In this document: piece by piece, positions 1 through 7,510 of the stretch | Position numbering within the stretch: the stretch's first letter is position 1 | How the letters are laid out: every line of letters begins with the position of its first letter | UHGV virus genome: UHGV-0274902 | Strand: one strand, 5' to 3' | From: a virus | Length of the DNA: 15,557 nucleotides | Notes under the pieces: generated by a model | The model's database searches: none | Told to the model about the DNA's origin: nothing | Seen by the model: the letters and a program-made list of their open reading frames with translations, nothing else | Program-made: the position numbers and the translations under genes

Positions 1-160
1 AAAATGAAATGCCGACAATTACACAGAGGATCTTCGCCAGCGTTATGAGTTTGTCTGACATGCTTAATCCTCCCTTCACGATTTCAACGCAATGACCAGT
101 TTTGCCAGCCCATACAGCATCGGGGACACAGCAACACCGACATTGTCGGCATTTCATTTT
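1..160. repeat. Perfect 19-bp inverted repeat: 1-19 (aaaatgaaatgccgacaat) is the exact reverse complement of 142-160, spacer 20-141 (122 bp). The left arm is cut by the window start, so it may be longer
   Basis: Direct reverse-complement comparison in the sequence. A local near-palindrome ccgaca-t-tgtcgg (137-149) sits at the junction. Confidence 0.8.
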
Positions 161-242
161 CACTAATGCTGGTTGCTCTTTTTCTTTCCATGGCCTGGAT
201 GATGTTGTCTTCGTCGGGGCTGCTGGGGTGAACATAAACCGA

Positions 243-701
243 ATGCTTTCCGCGTTTATCGTTATTCTGCTGGTGGCCTGTGGAGCGCTGTGGATGGCAA
301 CAGACCATTACCGTGATAACGCGATTACCTACAAAGCGCAGCGCGATAACAAAGCCAGTGAACTGAAGCTGGCGAACGCAACCATTACTGATATGCAGGT
401 GCGCCAGCGCGATGTTGCTGCGCTCGATGCAAAATACTCGAGGGAATTAGCCGATGCGAGAGCTGAAAATGAAACTCTTCGCGCTGACGTTGCCGCTGGT
501 CGTAAGCGCCTGCGGATCAACGCCACCTGTCCAGGCTCCGTGCGTGAAGCCCCCACCACCTCCGGCGTGGATAATGCAACCGGCCCCAGACTGGCAGACG
601 CCGCTGAACGGGATTATTTCATCCTCAGAGAACGGTTGATGACAATGCAGAAGCAGCTGGAAGGGGCACAGCTATACATTCGTGAGCAATGCCTCAGATA
701 A
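243..701 (+). CDS. Rz: Spanin inner-membrane subunit (i-spanin), lambda Rz homolog
   Basis: Translation [65 protein letters not shown]... has an N-terminal TM segment then a periplasmic coiled-coil, closely matching lambda Rz as I recall it. Start may instead be GTG at 228, which overlaps the stop of an upstream frame as GTGA. Confidence 0.9.
   Translation: MLSAFIVILLVACGALWMATDHYRDNAITYKAQRDNKASELKLANATITDMQVRQRDVAALDAKYSRELADARAENETLRADVAAGRKRLRINATCPGSVREAPTTSGVDNATGPRLADAAERDYFILRERLMTMQKQLEGAQLYIREQCLR
454..639 (+). CDS. Rz1: Spanin outer-membrane lipoprotein (o-spanin), lambda Rz1 homolog, embedded in the +1 frame inside Rz
   Basis: [61 protein letters not shown] has a lipobox (LVVSAC) and the proline-rich [14 protein letters not shown] motif of lambda Rz1. 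AGGGA Shine-Dalgarno lies upstream of ATG 454. Confidence 0.9.
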   Translation: MRELKMKLFALTLPLVVSACGSTPPVQAPCVKPPPPPAWIMQPAPDWQTPLNGIISSSENG

Positions 702-1036
702 AAACCGGCCAAGGATAATCCGCTGAAGATTTGCCGGTGGCTAAAGGGGCCAAGCCACCAATTTACGTAATTAGCCACAGAGATACAATATTTTAGTTTA
801 CTTATGTATTTCTGAAGCATGTCTTTGCGCAGTATCGTCGCCGTATTCCCACATGAACAGAGACCGCAGCCCTACCGGGAGACTCCTCTGCGCGAGTGTG
901 CGGGGATAATCAAAAACGATACACACCGGGGTTTACCGCGTTAACGGAGCGCGGCGTTGTCCCCTCATGGTCGCTGGTCCGGTGCGATGGTGGAAGAAAC
1001 TGGATTTTGTTGCAACTGACAATCATTATCATTTTG

Positions 1037-1230
1037 CCGGGTCCTTTCCGGCGATCCGGGCCGTTACGGGGCGGCGACCTCGCGGATTTTCACTATTTAT
1101 GAAAATTTTCCGGGATCCATGTCCGGTTTCTCTGCAAGTTAACCATATGAAAAATATAAAAACATGCTTTCCATGAACCGGACATGCGCAAAAAATAGAC
1201 ACTAAAACCGGACATGACCGGTTTTGTTGT
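1037..1230 (+). other. cos: cos packaging site: cosN 12-nt cohesive-end core GGGCGGCGACCT at 1069-1080, with lambda-like flanks and a downstream cosB-like region
   Basis: 1037-1110 (gggtcctttccggcgatccgggccgttacg|GGGCGGCGACCT|cgcggattttcactatttatgaaaattttccgg) is near-identical to the lambda right-end/left-end junction as I remember it. An A/T-rich stretch at 1141-1170 could be the IHF (I1) site. It lies directly upstream of nu1, as in lambda. Confidence 0.85.
1118..1216. repeat. Three copies of the 11-bp motif AACCGGACATG in cosB: inverted copy at 1118-1128 (CATGTCCGGTT), direct copies at 1176-1186 and 1206-1216. Candidate small-terminase binding sites (R3/R2/R1 analogues)
   Basis: Exact repeats seen in the sequence. 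One inverted copy, the A/T-rich block, then two direct copies mirrors the lambda cosB layout R3-I1-R2-R1, but the motif differs from the lambda R sites. Confidence 0.6.
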
Positions 1231-1263
1231 GATTGTGAGGTGAGAGTTTTTGCGAGGTGAGGA

Positions 1264-1773
1264 GTGGCTACGCAGACTGAAGTTGCCAGGCATTTAAGTC
1301 TGACCGATCGCCAGCTTCGCAGATTGCAGAAATTGCCGGGTGCCCCGATATCGAATAAGCGAGGGCAACTGGATCTGGATGCCTGGCGCGATTTTTACAT
1401 ATCGTATCTGAGAAGAAGTAAAAACGATGTGCCTGATGGCGATAGCGAAGACGACTATGAGGAGAAATTGCTTATTGCCAGATGGGAACTGACAGCAGAA
1501 CAGGCTGTTACACAGCAGTTAAAAAATGAGGTGTCAAAAGGAAAACTTATTGACACCGGGTTCTGTATTTTTGCCCTCAGCAAGCTGGCAATGGCGTTAT
1601 CCAGTACGCTTGATTCCATCCCTTTATCCATGCAGCGACAGTTTCCTGATTTAACACCGCGCCATCTTGACCATCTGAAAACCCTTATTGCGAAGGGGGC
1701 AAATCAGTGTGCGCGGGCGGGGGATAAATTACCGGATTTACTCGATGAATATATCAGAGCAACAACTGAATAA
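1264..1773 (+). CDS. nu1: Terminase small subunit, lambda Nu1 homolog
   Basis: GTG start preceded by GAGGTGAGGAG. N-terminal helix-turn-helix-like region, and the C-terminal part (IDTGFCIFALSKLAMALSSTLDSIPLSMQRQFPDLTPRHLDHLK...LPDLLDEYI) matches lambda gpNu1. Overlaps the start of A. Confidence 0.9.
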   Translation: MATQTEVARHLSLTDRQLRRLQKLPGAPISNKRGQLDLDAWRDFYISYLRRSKNDVPDGDSEDDYEEKLLIARWELTAEQAVTQQLKNEVSKGKLIDTGFCIFALSKLAMALSSTLDSIPLSMQRQFPDLTPRHLDHLKTLIAKGANQCARAGDKLPDLLDEYIRATTE

Positions 1774-3673
1774 TATGATGAGTGCTGTCACAACAGCATT
1801 ACAGCCCCTGATAAGGGCATTGCCGGTGACGCCAGTTGAATGGGCTGATCAAAATTATTATCTGCCTAAAGAATCTTCATATGGTGAGGGAGAATGGAAA
1901 ACGCTGCCGTTCCAGATCGCCATCATGAACAGCATGGGGAATGATCAGATCCGGACTGTTAATCTGATTAAATCTGCCCGTGTTGGCTATACAAAGATGT
2001 TGCTGGGAGTCGCCGGGTATTTTATTGAGCATAAATCCCGAAACAGTCTGCTTTTTCAGCCCACGGATTCTGCCGCTGAAGATTTTATGAAGTCTCACGT
2101 GGAGGCGACGATTCGCGATGTTCCCTGCCTGAAAAAACTTTCTCCCTGGCTGGGACGTAAACATCGTGATAATACCATCACGCTGAAACGCTTTTCATCG
2201 GGTGTGGGCTTCTGGTGCCTGGGCGGCGCTGCCGCCAAAAACTACCGTGAAAAATCCGTGGACGTGGTCTGCTATGACGAACTTTCCTCGTTCGAGCCGG
2301 ATGTCGAAAAAGAGGGCTCGCCAACCCTGCTGGGGGATAAGCGTATTGAGGGCTCGGTATGGCCAAAATCCATTCGCGGCTCGACGCCTAAAATAAAAGG
2401 CTCCTGCCAGATCGAAAAAGCGGCCAACGAGTCGGCGCATTTCATGCGTTTTTATGTGCCCTGCCCGCACTGTGGGGAGGCGCAGTATCTGAAATTTGGC
2501 GATGAGTCCACGCCTTTTGGCCTTAAATGGGAGAAGGACAGCCCCGAAAGCGTTTTCTACCTCTGTGAACATCATGGCTGCGTGATCCATCAGTCTGAGC
2601 TTGACCAGAGCAACGGGCGGTGGATCTGTGAAAACACGGGGATGTGGACCCGCGACGGTCTGACGTTTTTCAGCGCCGCGGATAATGAAATTCCGCCGCC
2701 GCGCTCCATCACATTCCATATCTGGACGGCGTACAGTCCGTTCACCACCTGGGTACAGATTGTCTATGACTGGCTGGATGCACTGAAAGATCCCAACGGC
2801 CTGAAAACCTTTGTGAACACCACGCTGGGCGAGACCTGGGAAGAGGCCGTGGGCGAAAAACTCGATCACCAGGTGCTGATGGATAAGGTTGTGCGTTACA
2901 CGGCTGCGGTGCCTTCCCGGGTGGTTTATCTGACGGCGGGCATTGACTCGCAGCGAAACCGTTTTGAGATGTATGTCTGGGGATGGGCTACGGGAGAGGA
3001 AGCCTTTCTGGTGGATAAAATCATCATTATGGGGCGTCCCGATGAGGAAGAGACGCTGTTACGTGTGGATGTGGCGATCAACAAAAAATACCGCCATGCA
3101 GACGGAACCGAAATGACCATTTCCCGTGTCTGCTGGGACACCGGGGGGATCGATGGCGAAATTGTCTATCAGAGGTCAAAAAAACACGGTGTTTTCCGGG
3201 TGCTGCCGGTAAAAGGTGCATCTGTTTATGGCAAGCCGGTGATCACCATGCCAAAAACCCGCAATCAGCGGGGCGTGTATCTGTGCGAAGTGGGGACGGA
3301 CACCGCAAAAGAAATTCTCTATGCCCGTATGAAAGCCGATCCCACGCCTGCGGATGAAGCCACGTCGTATGCCATCCGTTTTCCTGATGATCCGGAGATT
3401 TTTTCGCAGACAGAGGCGCAGCAACTGGTGGCGGAAGAGCTTGTGGAGAAGTGGGAAAAAGGAAAGATGCGTCTGCTGTGGGATAACAAAAAGCGGCGTA
3501 ACGAAGCGCTGGACTGCCTGGTGTATGCCTACGCGGCATTACGTGTGTCCGTGCAACGCTGGCAACTTGATCTGGCTGTACTGGCAAAATCCCGGGAAGA
3601 AGAGACGACCCGGCCAACCCTTAAAGAACTGGCAGCGAAGCTGTCCGGAGGAGTGAATGGTTACAGTCGCTGA
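1745..3673 (+). CDS. A: Terminase large subunit (ATPase/nuclease), lambda gpA homolog
   Basis: MNISEQQLNN...VEWADQNYYLPKESSYGEGEWKTLPFQ...KSARVGYTKMLLG...DELSSFEPDVEKEGSP...WTAYSPFTTWVQIV... aligns along its full length with lambda gpA. ATG at 1745 chosen by homology over the in-frame ATG at 1688. Confidence 0.95.
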   Translation: MNISEQQLNNMMSAVTTALQPLIRALPVTPVEWADQNYYLPKESSYGEGEWKTLPFQIAIMNSMGNDQIRTVNLIKSARVGYTKMLLGVAGYFIEHKSRNSLLFQPTDSAAEDFMKSHVEATIRDVPCLKKLSPWLGRKHRDNTITLKRFSSGVGFWCLGGAAAKNYREKSVDVVCYDELSSFEPDVEKEGSPTLLGDKRIEGSVWPKSIRGSTPKIKGSCQIEKAANESAHFMRFYVPCPHCGEAQYLKFGDESTPFGLKWEKDSPESVFYLCEHHGCVIHQSELDQSNGRWICENTGMWTRDGLTFFSAADNEIPPPRSITFHIWTAYSPFTTWVQIVYDWLDALKDPNGLKTFVNTTLGETWEEAVGEKLDHQVLMDKVVRYTAAVPSRVVYLTAGIDSQRNRFEMYVWGWATGEEAFLVDKIIIMGRPDEEETLLRVDVAINKKYRHADGTEMTISRVCWDTGGIDGEIVYQRSKKHGVFRVLPVKGASVYGKPVITMPKTRNQRGVYLCEVGTDTAKEILYARMKADPTPADEATSYAIRFPDDPEIFSQTEAQQLVAEELVEKWEKGKMRLLWDNKKRRNEALDCLVYAYAALRVSVQRWQLDLAVLAKSREEETTRPTLKELAAKLSGGVNGYSR

Positions 3674-3863
3674 ACTGCAGGCGCTGCGTCAGGCGCGCCT
3701 TGATTTATTAACCGGTAAACGGGTGGTGTCTGTCCAGAAAGATGGTCGCAGAATTGAATATACGGCGGCCTCTCTGGATGAGCTTAACCGGGCGATCAAT
3801 GATGCTGAGTTGGTACTGGGGACAACCCGCCGTCGCCGTCGTCCGCTGGGAGTGAGGTTATGA
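3657..3863 (+). CDS. W: Head-tail joining / head completion protein, lambda gpW homolog
   Basis: 68 aa; LTGKRVVSVQKDGRRIEYTAASLDEL matches lambda gpW. GGAGG Shine-Dalgarno; overlaps the end of A and the start of B. Confidence 0.9.
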   Translation: MVTVAELQALRQARLDLLTGKRVVSVQKDGRRIEYTAASLDELNRAINDAELVLGTTRRRRRPLGVRL

Positions 3864-5574
3864 AACGAAAGCCTGTCCTGATTGATGTGAACGGCGTTCC
3901 GCTTCGGGAGAGTCTCAGCTACAACGGGGGCGGTGCAGGATTTGGCGGGCAAATGGCAGAGTGGTTGCCACCCTCGCAGAGTGCCGATGCGGCCCTGCTG
4001 CCCGCGTTGCGTCTGGGGAATGCCCGTGCAGATGATCTGGTGCGCAATAACGGAATAGCGGCCAATGCGGTGGCCCTGCATAAGGATCACATTGTCGGGC
4101 ATATGTTTCTGATTAGCTACCGTCCGAACTGGCGCTGGCTGGGGATGCGGGAGACCGCGGCAAAAAGTTTTGTCGATGAGGTGGAGGCGGCCTGGTCAGA
4201 ATACGCAGAAGGGATGTTTGGTGAGATCGACGTGGAAGGGAAACGCACGTTTACGGAATTTATCCGTGAAGGTGTGGGCGTTCATGCGTTTAACGGCGAA
4301 ATCTTTGTGCAGCCGGTCTGGGATACGGAGAGCACGCAACTGTTTCGTACGCGTTTTAAAGCCGTGAGTCCGAAACGGGTGGACACGCCAGGACACGGTA
4401 TCGGGAACCGTTTTCTGCGGGCCGGGGTGGAGGTTGATCGATATGGCCGTGCCGTTGCGTACCATATCTGTGAGGATGATTTTCCTCGCTCCGGGAGTGG
4501 ACGATGGGAACGGATCCCGCGTGAACTTCCCACCGGGCGTCCGGCCATGCTGCATATTTTCGAGCCGGTGGAGGACGGGCAGACCCGTGGGGCCAACCAG
4601 TTTTACAGCGTCATGGAACGGCTGAAGATGCTCGATTCCCTGCAGGCAACACAGCTTCAGTCGGCCATTGTTAAAGCCATGTATGCAGCGACGATTGAAA
4701 GTGAACTTGATACCGAAAAGGCCTTTGAATATATCGCCGGCGCGCCACAGGAGCAGAAGGATAATCCGCTTATTAATATTCTGGAGAAGTTTTCCAGCTG
4801 GTATGACACGAATAACGTGACACTGGGCGGTGTCAAAATTCCGCACCTTTTCCCTGGTGATGATCTGAAACTACAGACTGCGCAGGATTCAGACAATGGA
4901 TTTTCTGCGCTTGAACAGGCGCTGCTGCGGTATATCGCCGCCGGTCTTGGCGTTTCCTACGAACAGTTGTCCCGTGATTACTCGAAGGTCAGTTATTCAA
5001 GTGCCCGCGCCTCCGCCAATGAGTCGTGGCGCTATTTTATGGGGCGGCGAAAATTTATTGCGGCCCGGCTGGCCACGCAGATGTTTTCCTGCTGGCTGGA
5101 AGAGGCACTTCTTCGGGGGATTATTCGTCCGCCACGGGCACGTTTTGATTTTTATCATCAGCACCAGCTCTTTCTCATACGTGCTCAGTCCGGCCTCAAT
5201 GCGCATCACTGATTCCTGGACTTCCTTGAGCCCGTCAATGGCCATTCTTCCGGCACCAATCCACTCTGCCCGTGACCAGGCTGATCGCGCCTGATAAAAA
5301 TCAAAACGTGCCCGTGGCGGACGAATAATCCCCCGAAGAAGTGCCTCTTCCAGCCAGCAGGAAAACATCTGTTGAGGCCGGACTGAGCACGTATGAGAAA
5401 GAGCTGGCGCTGATGGGCGAGGATTATCAGGACATTTTCCGCCAGCAGGTCAGGGAATCTGCTGAGCGGCAAAAAGCCGGACTCTCACGTCCGGTGTGGA
5501 TAGCGCAGGCGTATCAGCAGCAGATAGCGGAGAGTCGCAGGCCGGAAGAGGAGACAACACCACGTGAGACGTAA
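3860..5574 (+). pseudogene. B: Portal protein gene, lambda gpB homolog, disrupted by an internal inverted duplication. Collinear N-terminal part 3860-5155 (reading frame stops at 5212); C-terminal part resumes at 5374-5574
   Basis: 3860-5155 encodes a gpB-like sequence ending ...MFSCWLEEALLRGIIRPPRARFDFY, then runs into reverse-complemented sequence and stops. The next portal segment (QARSAWSRAEWIGAGRMAIDGLKEVQESVMRIE) is encoded on the minus strand at 5293-5195. The gpB-like C-terminus EAGLSTYEKELALMGEDYQDIFRQQVRE... is back on the + strand from 5374. Confidence 0.8.
5078..5415. repeat. Nested inverted-repeat complex inside B. IR1: 5078-5155 = reverse complement of 5294-5371 (78 bp, perfect). 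IR2: 5156-5199 = reverse complement of 5372-5415 (44 bp, one mismatch at 5163/5408). Unique core 5200-5293
   Basis: Base-by-base reverse-complement comparison. Net structure is A + rc(A-m-B') + B', where A-m-B' is the inferred collinear portal segment. Confidence 0.9.
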
Positions 5575-7069
5575 TCTTTCACACATTATTGCAGCAGCAT
5601 TCAATGAACCGCTGCTTCTGGAGCCCGCCTATGCGCGGGTTTTCTTTTGCGCGCTCGGGCGCGAGATGGGGGCAGCAAGTCTTTCGGTACCACAACAGCA
5701 GGTACAGCTTGATGCACCCGGAATGCTGGCTGAAACGGACGAGTACATGGCCGGAGGTAAACGACCGGCCCGTGTTTACCGGGTGGTGAACGGTATTGCT
5801 GTACTGCCGGTGACAGGCACGCTGGTGCACCGGCTGGGGGGTATGCGGCCATTTTCCGGAATGACAGGCTATGACGGCATTGTCGCCTGTCTTCAGCAGG
5901 CAATGGCGGATAGCCAGGTGCGGGGCGTACTGCTGGACATTGACAGTCCGGGCGGGCAGGCCGCCGGTGCGTTTGACTGTGCTGACATGATTTACCGCCT
6001 CCGTCAGCAGAAGCCGGTCTGGGCACTGTGCAATGACACGGCCTGTTCTGCAGCCATGCTGCTGGCGTCGGCCTGCTCCCGACGGCTGGTTACCCAGACA
6101 TCCCGTATCGGCTCCATTGGCGTGATGATGAGCCATGTCAGCTATGCCGGTCATCTGGCGCAGGCCGGTGTGGATATCACGCTGATTTACTCAGGGGCGC
6201 ACAAGGTGGATGGCAATCAGTTTGAAGCGTTGCCGGAAGAGGTTCGCCAGGACATGCAGCAGCGGATTGATGCGGCGCGCCGGATGTTTGCCGAAAAAGT
6301 GGCGATGTATACCGGTCTGTCTGTTGATGCAGTCACGGGAACAGAGGCCGCCGTTTTTGAAGGTCAGTCCGGCATTGAGGCCGGGCTGGCGGATGAATTA
6401 ATCAATGCGTCGGATGCCATCAGCGTGATGGCTGCGGCGCTGAACACACATGATACAGGAGGCACTATGCCGCAATTAACTGCAACGGAAGCTGCCGCGC
6501 AGGAGAACCAGCGAGTGATGGGGATCCTGACGTGTCAGGAAGCGAAAGGACGTGAACACCTTGCCACGATGCTGGCAGGACAACAGGGCATGAGCGTTGA
6601 ACAGGCCCGGGCGATTCTGACCGCGGCAGCACCACAGCAGCCGGTGGCATCCACGCAGAGTGAAGCCGATCGCATTATGGCGTGTGAAGAGGCTAAAGGT
6701 CGTGAACAACTGGCGGCAACGCTGGCGGCGATGCCGGAGATGACGGTGGAAAAAGCCCGCCCGATCCTGGCGGCTTCACCGCAGGCGGATGCCGGACCCT
6801 CACTCCGTGATCAGATTATGGCTCTGGATGAGGCAAAAGGGGCTGAGGCGCAGGCTGAAAAACTGGCGGCGTTTCCCGGAATGACGGTGGAGGCTGCCCG
6901 CGACATTCTCTCCTCATCGCCGGATAAAGCAGAACCGGTTTCTGCATCCACAACCGCCATGTTTGAACGCATCATGGCGAACCATTCACCGGCAGCCGTG
7001 CAGGGTGGCGTGTCACAGACGTCGGCAGACGGTGATGCGGACGTGAAAATGCTCATGGCCATGCCATGA
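5564..7069 (+). CDS. C: Prohead protease / minor capsid protein (S49 ClpP-like family), lambda gpC homolog, with an extended repeat-containing C-terminus
   Basis: GTG start with GAGGAG upstream. AAFNEPLLLEPAYARVFFCAL...GMTGYDGIV...LLDIDSPGGQAAGAFDCADMIY...KPVWALCNDTACSAA...RRLVTQTSRIGSIGVMMSH...ITLIYSGAHKVDGN matches lambda gpC. Confidence 0.9.
   Translation: MRRNLSHIIAAAFNEPLLLEPAYARVFFCALGREMGAASLSVPQQQVQLDAPGMLAETDEYMAGGKRPARVYRVVNGIAVLPVTGTLVHRLGGMRPFSGMTGYDGIVACLQQAMADSQVRGVLLDIDSPGGQAAGAFDCADMIYRLRQQKPVWALCNDTACSAAMLLASACSRRLVTQTSRIGSIGVMMSHVSYAGHLAQAGVDITLIYSGAHKVDGNQFEALPEEVRQDMQQRIDAARRMFAEKVAMYTGLSVDAVTGTEAAVFEGQSGIEAGLADELINASDAISVMAAALNTHDTGGTMPQLTATEAAAQENQRVMGILTCQEAKGREHLATMLAGQQGMSVEQARAILTAAAPQQPVASTQSEADRIMACEEAKGREQLAATLAAMPEMTVEKARPILAASPQADAGPSLRDQIMALDEAKGAEAQAEKLAAFPGMTVEAARDILSSSPDKAEPVSASTTAMFERIMANHSPAAVQGGVSQTSADGDADVKMLMAMP
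6467..7069 (+). CDS. nu3: Scaffolding protein, lambda Nu3 analogue, translated in frame from an internal start within C
   Basis: Internal ATG 6467 preceded by AGGAGG (6457-6462), same frame as C. This mirrors the lambda nu3 start, which as I recall lies at a GGAGG-containing SGGRM inside C (here TGGTM). Product carries the tandem IMxxxEAKGxE...GMTVExAR modules. Confidence 0.65.
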   Translation: MPQLTATEAAAQENQRVMGILTCQEAKGREHLATMLAGQQGMSVEQARAILTAAAPQQPVASTQSEADRIMACEEAKGREQLAATLAAMPEMTVEKARPILAASPQADAGPSLRDQIMALDEAKGAEAQAEKLAAFPGMTVEAARDILSSSPDKAEPVSASTTAMFERIMANHSPAAVQGGVSQTSADGDADVKMLMAMP

Positions 7070-7105
7070 AGTCAGTGCTGACCATCAATATGAGGTTTTA
7101 ACAAA

Positions 7106-7453
7106 ATGGTGACGAAAACCATCACTGAACAACGTGCGGAAGTACGTATTTTTGCCGGTAATGATCCGGCTCATACCGCCACAGGCAGCAGCGGGATTTC
7201 TCAGGCAACACCGGCACTGACGCCCCTGATGCTGGATGAAGCCAGCGGGAAACTGGTGGTCTGGGACGGACAGAAAGCCGGTAGTGCGGCTGGCATACTG
7301 GTACTGCCGCTTGAAGGCACAGAGACGGTGCTGACGTATTACAAGTCGGGGACCTTTGCGACGGAGGCAATCCGCTGGCCTGAAAGAGTGGATGAACACA
7401 AAAAGGCCAACGCCTTTGTCGGCACAGCCCTGAGTCACGCGGCGCTGCCGTAA
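7106..7453 (+). CDS. D: Head decoration protein, lambda gpD homolog
   Basis: DPAHTATG...TPLMLDEASGKLVVWDG...GILVLPLEG...TYYKSGTF matches lambda gpD. Confidence 0.92.
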   Translation: MVTKTITEQRAEVRIFAGNDPAHTATGSSGISQATPALTPLMLDEASGKLVVWDGQKAGSAAGILVLPLEGTETVLTYYKSGTFATEAIRWPERVDEHKKANAFVGTALSHAALP

Positions 7454-7510
7454 CACGTTATCAGGCCACCGCGTTGGCCTGACTGATTTCTGAATGAAAG
7501 GAACTGATTT

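Noticed and set aside
1-160. Left-edge inverted repeat as a MITE, ERIC or REP-type element
   Set aside because: The arms do not resemble the ERIC or REP consensus sequences I can recall, and the structure mirrors the two other coding-sequence fold-backs in the window.
166-231. 21-codon hydrophobic ORF ([21 protein letters not shown]) as a possible small membrane protein
   Set aside because: No Shine-Dalgarno sequence before the ATG. More likely the tail of a longer upstream frame or non-coding; kept only as context in the finding on the region upstream of Rz.
736-759. Short hairpin (ggtggct / agccacc, 10-nt loop) downstream of Rz as a possible terminator
   Set aside because: Weak stem, large loop and no convincing T-tract, so not supportable as a terminator.
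614-820. Minus-strand 68-aa ORF downstream of Rz, considered as a possible bor-like lipoprotein gene (lambda has bor in this position)
   Set aside because: The translation has no signal peptide or lipobox and no resemblance to Bor. It overlaps the Rz 3' end and is probably spurious.
896-1176. Small + strand ORFs (896-1102, 967-1176) across the cos region
   Set aside because: They span cosN and the cosB repeats, which are DNA-level packaging signals highly similar to lambda non-coding sequence. No ribosome-binding site or protein-like composition.
1688-1744. Upstream in-frame ATG at 1688 as the terminase large subunit start
   Set aside because: Homology to lambda gpA begins at the ATG at 1745 (MNIS...). 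The 1688 start would add 19 residues with no counterpart and overlap nu1 much further.
2195-2869. Long minus-strand ORFs antisense to the terminase gene (and similar ones antisense to B, C, H and L, e.g. 4196-4846, 5579-6154, 12360-12959, 13459-14316, 14837-15523)
   Set aside because: They lie wholly inside well-supported + strand genes with clear lambda homology, in GC-rich sequence where antisense frames stay open by chance. None has a recognisable start context or protein similarity.
5078-5415. Portal inverted-repeat complex as a programmed invertible switch (shufflon or phase-variation type)
   Set aside because: No invertase or recombinase gene in the window, neither single inversion restores an intact portal frame, and the arms are copies of coding sequence rather than dedicated recombination sites.
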